Below, in pieces: positions 38,277-50,910 of a stretch of 64,000 nucleotides of DNA. The stretch is from contig DATJPZ010000078.1 in NCBI GenBank assembly GCA_035506175.1, positions 12,283 to 76,282 on the forward strand, written 5' to 3'. The notes under the pieces were generated by a model. The model had not been told where the DNA came from. It ran no database searches and saw only the letters and a list, made by a program, of their open reading frames with translations. The stretch comes from Thermoanaerobaculia bacterium (lineage in GTDB: Bacteria; Acidobacteriota; Thermoanaerobaculia; UBA5066; Gp7-AA6). Both the position numbers and the translations under genes were made by a program. Within the stretch, counting starts at the first letter, position 1. Each line of letters begins with the position of its first letter.

Positions 38277-39914
38277 CTACGCGCGCGCCTGCTTCAGGGC
38301 CTTGGCGCCCTTGCGGGGCGGCGCGGGGTCGTCCTCCTTCACGATTCGATTCATCACGAGCTGCTGCACGATCGTCAGCAGATTGGAAAACAGCCAGTAC
38401 AGGACGAGTCCCGACGGCATGTCCTTCAGGAAGAAACCCCACAGCACCGGCATGAACAGGAAGACCTTCTTCTGCGCCGGGTCCATCGTGGACGGCGTCA
38501 TGGCCTGCTGCACGTACATCGAGACGATCATGAGGATGACCAGCACGTAGGTGGAGTCGATCGCCGACAGGTCCTTGATCCACAGCAGGAACGGCGCGTG
38601 GCGCAGTTCGATCGAGCGCGACAGCACGTTGTAGAAGGCGACGAGGATCGGCAGCTGCAGCACGATCGGGAGGCAGCCGCTCATCGGGTTGTAGCCCTCG
38701 GCCTGGTAGAGGGCCATCAGCTCCATGTTCATCTTCTGGCGTTGCTGCGAGTCCGTCTTCGACTTCTTGTACTTGTCGCGGATCGCGTTCATCTTCGGCG
38801 CCAGCTTCTGCATCTTCTTCATCGAGACGTAGCTCTTGGCCGTCAGCGGGAAGAGGAGCAGGCGGATCAGGAACGTCACGAGCAGAATCGCCAGGCCCCA
38901 GTTGCCGACGACGGCGTAGCTCTTCTTCAAGAGCCACAGCAGCGGCCGCGCGAGGATGCCGTACCACCCGAAGTCGACGGTGCGCTCGAGACCGAGGTTG
39001 TAGCTCTCGAGAATCGAAACGTCCTTGGGACCGAAGTACGCGGAGGCCTCGAAGGTCCCCTGCGGCGGCGCGGAGACGTCGGTCGCGATCTCCTGGACCG
39101 GCTTGCCCTCGGGCTTGGGCAGCGCCAGCGTGAGAACGCGCGCCGTCGCCGGCGCACGCGGCAGCAGCACCTCGAGGAAGTAGTTGTCCTCGATGCCCGC
39201 GAAGGCGCGGGCCGGGACCGACCAGACGTCCTTGTCGGTGACCTTCTCGGCGCGCACGAGCTTGAGGCCGTCGGCGGCCGCGACGACGGCCGAGGCCGGC
39301 ATCACGTAGCGCGAGCCGCGCTCGGCCTCGGTCGGATTGCGCAGGCCGGGTCCCACGACGACGCTGTAGGCCGGCCCGGAGACCTGCACGCGGACGTCGA
39401 AGACGTAACCCTTGGCGATCCGGATTTCCTTGACGACCGAGATCTTGTCGTCGGCGTACCGGAAGCGGACGGCCTCGTCCGACTCGCGCTCGACGGCGAA
39501 CAACGCCGAGGCCACTTTCCTGGTCGCCGCCGCGTCGGCGCCGAAATCGAGGCCGAGCGGCTTCGGGAAATCCGCCGGCAGCGCGCGGACGAGCTCGAGC
39601 GGGCGCTGCTGCTCGTCGAAGTGTCCCGTCAGCACGAAAGACGTCAGCGCGGCTCCCCTGTTGGAGAAGGTCGCCTTGAAAACGCCGTTCGAGAGCGTCG
39701 TCGACTCCTCGCGATCGGCGCTGATCGCGGCCGCCGGCGGGGCAGGGGCGACGGACGCAGGCTCGGAGGCCGCCGCGGCCGTCGGCGCCACCGCCGCCGC
39801 GGCGGGCGTCGGGACCGCAACGGGCCTGGGCCGGACGGGCTTGGGCCCGATCCACTCCCAGAGAAGCAGCACGCTGAGCGAGAGCGCGGCCGCGAGAAGA
39901 AGCCGTTTTTCCAT
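38277..39914 (-). CDS. yidC: Membrane protein insertase YidC (long, Gram-negative type with periplasmic domain)
   Basis: In-frame ATG at 39914 (ATGA overlap with the yidD stop). [49 protein letters not shown] and GCLPIVLQLPILVAFY are core motifs. Confidence 0.95.
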   Translation of the reverse strand: MEKRLLLAAALSLSVLLLWEWIGPKPVRPRPVAVPTPAAAAVAPTAAAASEPASVAPAPPAAAISADREESTTLSNGVFKATFSNRGAALTSFVLTGHFDEQQRPLELVRALPADFPKPLGLDFGADAAATRKVASALFAVERESDEAVRFRYADDKISVVKEIRIAKGYVFDVRVQVSGPAYSVVVGPGLRNPTEAERGSRYVMPASAVVAAADGLKLVRAEKVTDKDVWSVPARAFAGIEDNYFLEVLLPRAPATARVLTLALPKPEGKPVQEIATDVSAPPQGTFEASAYFGPKDVSILESYNLGLERTVDFGWYGILARPLLWLLKKSYAVVGNWGLAILLVTFLIRLLLFPLTAKSYVSMKKMQKLAPKMNAIRDKYKKSKTDSQQRQKMNMELMALYQAEGYNPMSGCLPIVLQLPILVAFYNVLSRSIELRHAPFLLWIKDLSAIDSTYVLVILMIVSMYVQQAMTPSTMDPAQKKVFLFMPVLWGFFLKDMPSGLVLYWLFSNLLTIVQQLVMNRIVKEDDPAPPRKGAKALKQARA

Positions 39915-40132
39915 CAGGGTACCGGGTCCAGGCCGCCGCGGTGGAACGGGTGGCAGCGCGCGAGGCGCCTGACCGCGAGGATGGCTCCGCGGCCGAAGCC
40001 GTGCCGCGCGATCGCTTCCCGCGCATAGACCGAGCACGTCGGTTCGAAGCGGCAGGCGCGGGGCAGCAGCGGCGAGAGAAACCGCTTGTAGGCGTCGAGC
40101 AGCGCGATCGCCAGGCGCGCGCCGGCCGTCAC
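39914..40132 (-). CDS. yidD: Membrane protein insertion efficiency factor YidD
   Basis: GTG at 40132 overlaps the rnpA stop (GTGA). ...[58 protein letters not shown]. Confidence 0.88.
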   Translation of the reverse strand: MTAGARLAIALLDAYKRFLSPLLPRACRFEPTCSVYAREAIARHGFGRGAILAVRRLARCHPFHRGGLDPVP

Positions 40133-40512
40133 GGACGCTTCAGACGCGGCAGCGCTCGGGCGACCGCCGACGCGTAGTCCTCCGTCAACTCGCGAAAGGG
40201 CGCCTGCGCGGCCGAGGGCCGAGCATTGACCACGACCGAGACGGTCGCCGCTCCAAAGAGCGGCCGATTGCGGCGGAAGATCTCGCGCAGGCGCCGACGC
40301 ACGCGGTTCCGCGCGACGGCGTGCCCCACGCGGCGAGGCACCGAGACGCCGAGGCGCGTTCGCGCCGCGGGACCCTTGACCGCGAGCAGGAAGACCTGCA
40401 GGTGTCGTCCGGAAACGCGCACCCCGGAGGCGTAGCACTCTTCGAATTCCCTGCGTTTACGGAGGCGGTCGTCCCGGGAGAAACCCTCGGAAACGGCCGG
40501 GCCCGAGTTCAC
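40129..40512 (-). CDS. rnpA: Ribonuclease P protein component
   Basis: 127 aa. GTG start overlaps the rpmH stop. [15 protein letters not shown]...[28 protein letters not shown]. Confidence 0.93.
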   Translation of the reverse strand: MNSGPAVSEGFSRDDRLRKRREFEECYASGVRVSGRHLQVFLLAVKGPAARTRLGVSVPRRVGHAVARNRVRRRLREIFRRNRPLFGAATVSVVVNARPSAAQAPFRELTEDYASAVARALPRLKRP

Positions 40513-40643
40513 ACCGTGAGTTTCTTACGCCCCTTGCGGCGGCGAGCCGACAGAACAGCCCGGCCCGACCGCGTCCGCATCCGGACGAGGAAGCCGTGCG
40601 TGCGCTTGCGGCGCCGGTTGTTGGGCTGATAGGTGCGCTTCAT
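40509..40643 (-). CDS. rpmH: 50S ribosomal protein L34
   Basis: Not in the ORF track (44 aa). Hand translation: [44 protein letters not shown]. Confidence 0.97.
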   Translation of the reverse strand: MKRTYQPNNRRRKRTHGFLVRMRTRSGRAVLSARRRKGRKKLTV

Positions 40644-40825
40644 AAAGAGCGGGAATGCTAGGTGCGGGGGGTCCAGAAGTCAAGAAAAGATGCGCGCTTC
40701 GGGCGCAGGACGCGGGACCAACGAGCCTCGTCTCGGATCGCTCATCCGGGATCTCGTCTACGGCAATTCGCATCCCGCATCGCGTTCCAAAGGGCATATA
40801 CTCCCGCTCCCCGGTAAGCCGCAGG

Positions 40826-40856
40826 CCTTCCACACCTGTGGAAATCTTGTGGAAAT
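40826..40856. promoter_or_regulatory. Cluster of three DnaA-box-like 9-mers just upstream of dnaA
   Basis: ccttccaca (40826..40834), tgtggaaat (40837..40845), tgtggaaat (40848..40856; reverse complement atttccaca). Compare consensus TTATCCACA. Confidence 0.6.
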
Positions 40857-40868
40857 CCGGACTTCGCG

Positions 40869-42191
40869 ATGACCGAGATCTGGGGCTCCATCCTCAAGCA
40901 GCTCGAAGGCAAGCTCGACGCGAAAGAGCTGAAGACGTGGTTCGGCCCGACGCGCCAGCTGGGCTTTGACCCGGCATCCGGGGCCGGGATGCTCACCGTT
41001 TCGGTTCCATCGCGCGTCTTCGCCGAATGGATCGAGTCGCGGCACGGCGGCCTGCTCGCCCGCGAAGCGGCAGGCGCCGGGTTCCCGGGAATCGCGATCC
41101 GCTTCGAGTCCTCCGGTGTCGACGGGGTCGAAGCCGGCCCGGTGGCGGCGGCGGTCGCACCGTCGGCCGAGCGAACCGCGGCGAGCAATCCGCGCTTCAC
41201 GTTCGAGAATTTCGTCGTCGGATCTTCCAACCAGTTCGCGCACGCCGCCGCGCGCGCGGTGGCCGAGTCGCCATCGCGCTCGTACAACCCGCTTTTTCTG
41301 TACGGCGGCGTCGGCCTCGGGAAGACGCACCTGATGCACGCGATCGCACAGGAAGTCCTGCAGCGCAATCCCGACGCACGCGTGCTGTACCTCTCGGCCG
41401 AGCGCTTCCTGAACGATCTGATCAATGCCCTGCGCTTCGAGCGCATGCACGAGTTCAAGCGCCGTTACCGGGAGCTCGACGTGCTCCTGATGGACGACGT
41501 GCAGTTCATCGCCGGAAAGGACTCGACGCAGGAGGAGTTTTTCCACACGTTCAACGCCCTCCACGACGCCCAGAAACAGATCGTCGTCACCTCCGACGCG
41601 CTGCCCAAGGAGATCCCGACGCTCGAGGAGCGGCTGCGGTCGCGGTTCGAGTGGGGGTTGATCGCCGACATCCAGCCGCCCGACCTCGAGATGAAGGTCG
41701 CCATCATCCGCAAAAAGGCGGCGGCCGAGAAGGTGGACGTTCCCAACGACGTCGCCCTGTTCATCGCCGGGACGGTCAAGTCCAACGTCCGGGAGCTCGA
41801 AGGCCGCCTGAACCGGGTCATTGCCTTCTCCTCCCTGACCGGGAAGCCCCTGTCGGTCGAACTTGCCCGCGAGACCCTCCGCGACATCGTCGGCACCGAG
41901 GAGCACAAAGCCGTCCCCTCCGAGATCCTCAAGGCCGTGGCCTCCCACTACGGCCTCCGGGTCTCGGACATGAAGGCCAAATCCAACGCCAAACCGGTCG
42001 CCTTTCCGCGCCAGGTCGCCATGTATCTCTGCCGGAAGCTGACCAACCTGTCGTACCCGGAGATCGGCCGCCTGTTCAACGACAAGCACCACTCGACGGT
42101 GATGCACTCGGTCGAAAAGATCGGGCGCATGATCGAAGACGACCAGGATTTCCGCAGGGTCGTCGACGGTTTCCTGCAGCCCTACCGTTAG
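40869..42191 (+). CDS. dnaA: Chromosomal replication initiator protein DnaA
   Basis: 440 aa. FENFVVGSSNQFAHAAA...NPLFLYGGVGLGKTHLMHAI...RSNVRELEGRLNRV...HSTVMHSVEKI. Confidence 0.98.
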   Translation: MTEIWGSILKQLEGKLDAKELKTWFGPTRQLGFDPASGAGMLTVSVPSRVFAEWIESRHGGLLAREAAGAGFPGIAIRFESSGVDGVEAGPVAAAVAPSAERTAASNPRFTFENFVVGSSNQFAHAAARAVAESPSRSYNPLFLYGGVGLGKTHLMHAIAQEVLQRNPDARVLYLSAERFLNDLINALRFERMHEFKRRYRELDVLLMDDVQFIAGKDSTQEEFFHTFNALHDAQKQIVVTSDALPKEIPTLEERLRSRFEWGLIADIQPPDLEMKVAIIRKKAAAEKVDVPNDVALFIAGTVKSNVRELEGRLNRVIAFSSLTGKPLSVELARETLRDIVGTEEHKAVPSEILKAVASHYGLRVSDMKAKSNAKPVAFPRQVAMYLCRKLTNLSYPEIGRLFNDKHHSTVMHSVEKIGRMIEDDQDFRRVVDGFLQPYR

Positions 42192-42418
42192 CGCGATCGC
42201 GGCTGCCGGATTTTTTCCACCGGGGCTTTTTCCGCACGCGCACGCAGCCGCGAGATCCTCGCGCTTCTGCGGATCTTCATGCCGGAGATCCACAGACACG
42301 ATATGCGTTTCAGGCCCGTTTTTATTGGCTTTTTTCGCTGTCTTCGATTTTTGATCGAGCCTACGATTGCGGTTAAATGTGATAGACTTTTTTCTCTGTC
42401 CGGAGGTGGGAAACTCGC
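42192..42418. other. Candidate oriC segment: DnaA-box-like sites plus AT-rich unwinding region in the dnaA-dnaN spacer
   Basis: ttttccacc (42213..42221), ttttccgca (42228..42236), agatccaca (42286..42294). 42301..42400 is about 40% G+C by my count against ~70% background (gtttttattggcttttttcgctgtcttcgatttttgatcg). Confidence 0.6.
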
Positions 42419-43531
42419 ATGGAATTGACCGTCAAGCGGGGAGACTTCTTGAATGAGCTCACGCTCATGCAAGGGGTCGTCGAGAGGAAGAACACGATTC
42501 CGATCCTCTCGAACATCCTCCTGCGAGCCGCCGACGGACATCTGAGTCTAACCTCGACCGACCTCGATCTGACCCTCCTCTCCCAGGCTGAGGCGAAGGT
42601 CTCGAGACCGGGCAGCGTGACGGTTCCGGCCCGAAAACTGTTCGACCTGATCCGGAACCTCCCGGAGGCGGACGTCGCCTTGAAGCTCATGGAGAACCAT
42701 TACCTGGGAGTGACCTGCCAGAGGTCCAGCTTTCGGCTCGTCGCCCAGCCCGCGGAGGACTTTCCGACGGTACCCAAGGTCGAGGCCAAGAAGGGGGTTT
42801 CCTTCCCTCTTGACTTATGGAAAAGATTGACCCGTAAGGTTTTATATGCAGTTTCGGCCGAGGAGACACGTTTCCAGCTCATGGGGGCCCTGCTCAAGGA
42901 CAAGGGAAAGGAGTTCGAGCTGGTGGCGACGGATGGGCACCGCCTCGCCCTGATCGACTTTCCGAAGGAGGACGCCAAGGCGACCCTCCCGAACGTCCTG
43001 ATCCCGAAGAAGGCCCTGGCCGAAATCCTGAAGATCGACGGCGGCGCGGATACCCGGCTCGAGATCCGCCACTCCGAGAATCACCTCCTCTTCACCGTCG
43101 GCAACCGCCAGTTGATCGCGCGGCTGCTCGACGTGAACTTTCCCGACTACGAAAAAATCCTCTCGAAGTCCAACGATCGCGTCGCCACCGTGGACACGGC
43201 GGCCTGCCAGGCCGCGATCCGCCGAGTCGCCCTGTTTTCCTCCGAGCGTTCGCGCGGCGTGAAGCTCTCTCTCGAGGAGGGCGTTCTGACCGTCGCCTCG
43301 GCAAGCCAGGAGCTCGGCGAAGGCACCGAGACGCTCGACGTCGCTTTCGAGGGCGACCCGCTCTCGATCGGCCTGAACGCCCAGTACCTCCTCGAGTTTC
43401 TCGAGGAGGCCGAGTCGGCGAAGGTCCGTCTGGAGCTGAAGGACGAGAACACGCAGTGCCTGTGTCAGCCGGAGGGCGGCATCGAGGGCGCGTCCCGCTA
43501 CACGTACGTCGTCATGCCGATGCGCCTCTGA
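42419..43531 (+). CDS. dnaN: DNA polymerase III beta sliding clamp
   Basis: 370 aa. ggaggtggg RBS. MELTVKRGDFLNELTLMQGVVERKNTIPILSNILLRA... Confidence 0.97.
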   Translation: MELTVKRGDFLNELTLMQGVVERKNTIPILSNILLRAADGHLSLTSTDLDLTLLSQAEAKVSRPGSVTVPARKLFDLIRNLPEADVALKLMENHYLGVTCQRSSFRLVAQPAEDFPTVPKVEAKKGVSFPLDLWKRLTRKVLYAVSAEETRFQLMGALLKDKGKEFELVATDGHRLALIDFPKEDAKATLPNVLIPKKALAEILKIDGGADTRLEIRHSENHLLFTVGNRQLIARLLDVNFPDYEKILSKSNDRVATVDTAACQAAIRRVALFSSERSRGVKLSLEEGVLTVASASQELGEGTETLDVAFEGDPLSIGLNAQYLLEFLEEAESAKVRLELKDENTQCLCQPEGGIEGASRYTYVVMPMRL

Positions 43532-43545
43532 GGCAAAGGAACCGA

Positions 43546-47083
<3,538 letters not shown>

Positions 47084-47089
47084 AACGGC

Positions 47090-47140
47090 GTAGGGGCGGG
47101 GCTTGCCCCGCCCGCGGGCGGCCGCCAGGGCCGCCCCTAC
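47090..47140. repeat. GC-rich palindromic intergenic element, family 2, copy 1 (gyrB-gyrA spacer)
   Basis: gtaggggcggggcttgccccgcccgcgggcggccgccagggccgcccctac. Outer arms gtaggggcgg / ccgcccctac plus two internal hairpins. Confidence 0.65.
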
Positions 47141-47155
47141 GGCGCACGAGAGACG

Positions 47156-49807
47156 ATGGCCAACCTGCTGACGCCCGAAGAAAAAATCCCGGTCACGATC
47201 GAGGACGAGGTCCGTCGGTCGTACCTCGACTACGCGATGTCCGTCATCATCGGACGGGCGCTGCCGGACGTCCGCGACGGGTTGAAGCCCGTCCACCGCC
47301 GCTGCCTCTACGGCATGTGGGAGCAGGGCAACCTCCACAACAAGCCGTACCGCAAGTCGGCGCGCATCGTCGGCGACGTCCTCGGCAAGTACCACCCGCA
47401 CGGCGAGAGCGCCGTGTACGACTCGGTGGTGCGCATGGCGCAGGACTTCTCGCTGCGCTACCCGCTCGTCGACGGCCAGGGCAACTTCGGCTCGATCGAC
47501 GGGGACAACGCCGCGGCGATGCGCTACACCGAGGTCCGCCTGACGCGGCTGTCGGCCGAGCTCCTCGGCGAGGACATCGACAAGGAGACGGTGGACTGGA
47601 CGCCCAACTACGACGGCTCGCTCGTCGAGCCGATGGTCCTGCCCGCCAGGTTCCCGAACCTTCTCGTCAACGGGTCGACGGGCATCGCGGTCGGCATGGC
47701 CACGAACATCCCGCCGCACAACCTCGGCGAGGTCGTCGACGCGACGATCGAGCTCATCAAGCACCCGGACGCGACCCTCGGCCAGCTCATGAAGAAGCTG
47801 CCGGGGCCCGACTTCCCCACCGCCGGGTTCATCCACGGCGCCCAGGGGATCAAGGACGCCTACAAGACCGGCCGCGGGACGGTCCAGGTGCGCGCCCGCG
47901 CGCTCGTCGAGAAGGCCGCGCGGGGGGACAAGGAGTCGATCGTCGTCACGGAGATCCCCTATCAGGTCAACAAGGCGAAGTTGATCGAGCGCATCGCCGA
48001 GCTCGTCAACGACAAGAAGCTCGACGGAATCGCCGACCTCCGCGACGAGTCCAACCGCGAGGGCATGCGCATCGTCGTCGAGTTGAAGCGCGGAGAGAAC
48101 GCCCAGGTCGTCCTGAACAAGCTCTACGCGCTGACGCCGATGCAGAGCTCGTTCGGGATCATCTTCCTCGCGATCGTCGAGAACCAGCCCCGCGTCCTGC
48201 CGCTGCACGACCTGCTGCGGCATTTCGTCGACCATCGGAAGACCGTCGTCATCCGCCGGACCCAGTTCGACCTGAAGAAGGCCGAGGAGCGCGCGCACCT
48301 GCTGCGCGGCCTGGCCCTGGCGCTGGCCAACCTCGACCTCGTCATCAAGATCATCCGCTCCTCCAAGGACCCGCAGGAGGCCAAGAAACGCCTCATGGCC
48401 GAGGTCTCGATGACCCGGGCAGCGCTCGAGAAGTTCATTGGCAGCGACCTCGCCGACGAGGCCGGGAAGGGCAAGGGCAGCCAGGTCCTGAAGCTCGACG
48501 ACATCCAGGCCCAGGCGATCCTGGACATGCGCCTGCACCGCCTCACGGGCCTCGAGCGCGAGAAGATCGTGGCGGAGTTCAAGGAAGTCCTGGCCCTGAT
48601 CGCGAAGCTGCGGGAGATCCTCGGCTCCGAGAAGCTCGTGCTCGACATCATCGTCGAGGAGCTGACGGCCATCAAGAAGGCCTTCGGCGACGAGCGGCGC
48701 ACCGAGATCGTGGCCGAGGCCTCGGAGATCGACATCGAAGACCTCATCGTCGAAGAGGACATGGTGATCACCGTGTCCCGCGGCGGCTACATCAAGCGCT
48801 CTCCCCTGTCGCTCTACCGCGCCCAGCGCCGCGGCGGCAAGGGCCGCATCGGCGCGACGACGAAGGAAGAGGACCTCGTCGAGCACCTGTTCGTGGCCTC
48901 GACGCACGCGTACGTCCTCGCGTTCACCTCGCGCGGCCGCATGCACTGGATCAAGGTCTACGACCTGCCGCAGCTCGGGCCCGCCACGCGCGGCAAGGCG
49001 ATCGTCAACCTGCTCTCGCTCGGGCCGAACGAGCGGATGGTGGCGATGGCAGCAACCAAGGACTTCCCGGAGGACCGCTACCTCATCTTCGCGACGAAGA
49101 ACGGCGTCGTGAAGAAGACGTCGCTGTCGATGTACTCGAACGTGCGCTCGGGCGGCATCATCGCGATCAACCTCGAGGAAGGGGACTCGCTGCTCTCGGT
49201 GCGGATCACCGGGGGCGACGACCAGATCTTCATCGGCACGCGCCAGGGCATGGGGATCCGCTTCTCCGAGAAGGACGTCCGCCCGATGGGCCGCGACACG
49301 ACCGGCGTCATCGGCGTCACGCTCAGGAAGGACAACGACGAGGTCGTCGAAATGGACGTCGTCGACGAAAAGGCACAGCTGCTCTCCGTCACGGAATACG
49401 GCTACGGCAAGCGCTCGGGTGTGGAGGAGTACCGCTTCCAGGGCCGCGGCGGCTCCGGCGTCATCAACGTCAAGGTCACCGAGAAGAACGGCCCCGTCGC
49501 CGGCATCAAGTCGGTCACCGACGCCGACCAGCTGCTGCTGATCACCCAGCGCGGACAGCTGATTCGCATCAAGGTCAAGGACATCCGCGAGACCGGTCGG
49601 GCGGCCCAGGGCGTGCGCGTCATCCAGCTCGAGGAGGGCGATCGCGTGGTCGGCGTGGCCAAGCTGGCCGAGCCCGACGAGACCGAGGAAGAGCCGCAGG
49701 CCAGCCTCCCCTCGGCCGCGCCGCCCGAGCAGAAGGGCAAAGGCACGAAGGGCAAGAAGACGAGCGAGGACTTCCTCGACGAAGACGACGACGAGGATGA
49801 GGATTAG
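47156..49807 (+). CDS. gyrA: DNA gyrase subunit A (acidic C-terminal tail)
   Basis: 883 aa. [27 protein letters not shown]...AAMRYTE (catalytic Tyr region). Tail [12 protein letters not shown]. Confidence 0.98.
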   Translation: MANLLTPEEKIPVTIEDEVRRSYLDYAMSVIIGRALPDVRDGLKPVHRRCLYGMWEQGNLHNKPYRKSARIVGDVLGKYHPHGESAVYDSVVRMAQDFSLRYPLVDGQGNFGSIDGDNAAAMRYTEVRLTRLSAELLGEDIDKETVDWTPNYDGSLVEPMVLPARFPNLLVNGSTGIAVGMATNIPPHNLGEVVDATIELIKHPDATLGQLMKKLPGPDFPTAGFIHGAQGIKDAYKTGRGTVQVRARALVEKAARGDKESIVVTEIPYQVNKAKLIERIAELVNDKKLDGIADLRDESNREGMRIVVELKRGENAQVVLNKLYALTPMQSSFGIIFLAIVENQPRVLPLHDLLRHFVDHRKTVVIRRTQFDLKKAEERAHLLRGLALALANLDLVIKIIRSSKDPQEAKKRLMAEVSMTRAALEKFIGSDLADEAGKGKGSQVLKLDDIQAQAILDMRLHRLTGLEREKIVAEFKEVLALIAKLREILGSEKLVLDIIVEELTAIKKAFGDERRTEIVAEASEIDIEDLIVEEDMVITVSRGGYIKRSPLSLYRAQRRGGKGRIGATTKEEDLVEHLFVASTHAYVLAFTSRGRMHWIKVYDLPQLGPATRGKAIVNLLSLGPNERMVAMAATKDFPEDRYLIFATKNGVVKKTSLSMYSNVRSGGIIAINLEEGDSLLSVRITGGDDQIFIGTRQGMGIRFSEKDVRPMGRDTTGVIGVTLRKDNDEVVEMDVVDEKAQLLSVTEYGYGKRSGVEEYRFQGRGGSGVINVKVTEKNGPVAGIKSVTDADQLLLITQRGQLIRIKVKDIRETGRAAQGVRVIQLEEGDRVVGVAKLAEPDETEEEPQASLPSAAPPEQKGKGTKGKKTSEDFLDEDDDEDED

Positions 49808-49856
49808 GGGCGGGACTCCGCCCCTCGCGGGCGGCCGCAAGCGCCGTCCCTGCAGG
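49805..49856. repeat. GC-rich palindromic intergenic element, family 2, copy 2 (overlaps the gyrA stop; terminator-like hairpin)
   Basis: taggggcgggactccgcccctcgcgggcggccgcaagcgccgtccctgcagg aligns with 47090..47140. Hairpin aggggcgg-gact-ccgcccct. Confidence 0.6.
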
Positions 49857-49892
49857 CACTGGTTCCAGTCCCTGACATAGAATCCGCCCCCC

Positions 49893-50516
49893 ATGCGGTT
49901 TTTTCTGGACAGTGCGAGCGCCGACGAGGCGCGGCGGGTCAAGGAGCTGGGCCTGCTCGACGGCGCCTGGGTGTCCCTGGCGGTCGCCGAGGCGGCTGGA
50001 ATCGACTACCGAAAAGCGGTCCGCGAGCTCGCTTCGCTCACCGACGGTCCCGTGCTCGTCGAGACGGGCTCGGAGGACCCGAAGGGGATGTACAAGGAAG
50101 GCCGCGAGCTCGCCAAGCTCGGCAAGGACATCGTGATCCGTCTGCCGTTGAAGCCCGAAGGCATGCGCGTGGCGCGGCTGTTCGCGCAGGACCAGATAGC
50201 GACCTGCGCGGCAGGCTGCTACTCGATGGCCCAGGGGCTGATCGCGGCCAAGGCCAACGTCAGCTACGTCGCGCCGTCGGTTGGAGCGCTCGACGACGTT
50301 GGCTCGATCGGCATGGACCTGGTCGAGCAGATCATCCGCGTTTACGACAACTACGGCTTCCAGACCCAGATCCTGGTTTCCGAGGCCCGCAACCCCATTC
50401 ACGTGCTCGACGCGGCCCTGATGGGCGCCGACGTCGCGGCACTGCCGGCCCCGGTGCTCGAGCAGCTCTTCCGGCACCCGTTCTCCGAAGAGCTGCGAGG
50501 GGGGAGGCCGTCATGA
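49893..50516 (+). CDS. Transaldolase/fructose-6-phosphate-aldolase-fold protein with a substituted active site (Schiff-base Lys replaced by Arg)
   Basis: 207 aa. Aligns without gaps to short (TalC/FSA-type) transaldolases as I remember them: MRFFLDSAS..., GPVLVET, AAKANVSYVAP, NYGFQTQILVSEARNP, LFRHP. However, TTNP is replaced by WVSL, KIP by RLP, TNVTL by TCAAG, and SPFVGR by APSVGA. Confidence 0.8.
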   Translation: MRFFLDSASADEARRVKELGLLDGAWVSLAVAEAAGIDYRKAVRELASLTDGPVLVETGSEDPKGMYKEGRELAKLGKDIVIRLPLKPEGMRVARLFAQDQIATCAAGCYSMAQGLIAAKANVSYVAPSVGALDDVGSIGMDLVEQIIRVYDNYGFQTQILVSEARNPIHVLDAALMGADVAALPAPVLEQLFRHPFSEELRGGRPS

Positions 50517-50779
50517 AAGTCTCGGCCGACCGGATCCTCTACCTCTCGCGGGTGATCCTGAAGAGCCTCAAGGAGAACCGGAACCTCGAGCAGAAGTCCG
50601 ACGACGAGACGGCTCGCCGGGCCGTCGTGCGAGAGCTGACCGACAGCTACAACGAGCTCGACGCGCTCGAAGAGAAGGTTCGGGCGTCGCTGGCCCGGAG
50701 GAAGAATCTGTCGGAGACCGAGCGCGAGTTTCAGTTTACCCGGCAGCTCGACGACGAGCTCAGGAAGCACGGCGCCTAG
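50513..50779 (+). CDS. Small helical protein, DUF507-like (from memory, unverified)
   Basis: 88 aa. ATGA overlap with the upstream gene. MKVSADRILYLSRVILKSLKENRNLEQKSDDETARRAVVRELTDSYNELDALEEKVRASLARRKNLSETEREFQFTRQLDDELRKHGA. Confidence 0.7.
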   Translation: MKVSADRILYLSRVILKSLKENRNLEQKSDDETARRAVVRELTDSYNELDALEEKVRASLARRKNLSETEREFQFTRQLDDELRKHGA

Positions 50780-50780
50780 A

Positions 50781-50910
50781 TTTCGACTGTAGTTTTTCCC
50801 CAAACTATTAATTCAATTGTATTTCTATCCAATAAACTACTGACGTAGATAACCGGTCTGGCTCCAGCTTGGGGCCTGATACAATTGGATTGATGGCGGG
50901 CCAATTGGAT
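50781..50910. promoter_or_regulatory. AT-rich promoter/operator candidate upstream of and overlapping the MocR-like gene start; three CAATTG motifs
   Basis: 50781..50850 is about 30% G+C by my count. caattg at 50814..50819. caattggat at 50882..50890 and 50902..50910 (20-bp spacing). Confidence 0.35.

Noticed and set aside
36105-40028. 1307-aa plus-strand ORF, and the similar 38062..40026 minus-strand alternative frame
   Set aside because: They are antisense to, or out of frame with, mnmE, jag and yidC, which have clear family motifs. The composition is Arg/Gly/Asp-rich.
49741-49804. Acidic Asp/Glu tail of GyrA and Ala/Lys/Pro tail of AtpA (28287..28370) as possible novel features
   Set aside because: Low-complexity C-terminal tails on these proteins are common lineage-specific variation. 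An acidic GyrA tail is known in other bacteria.
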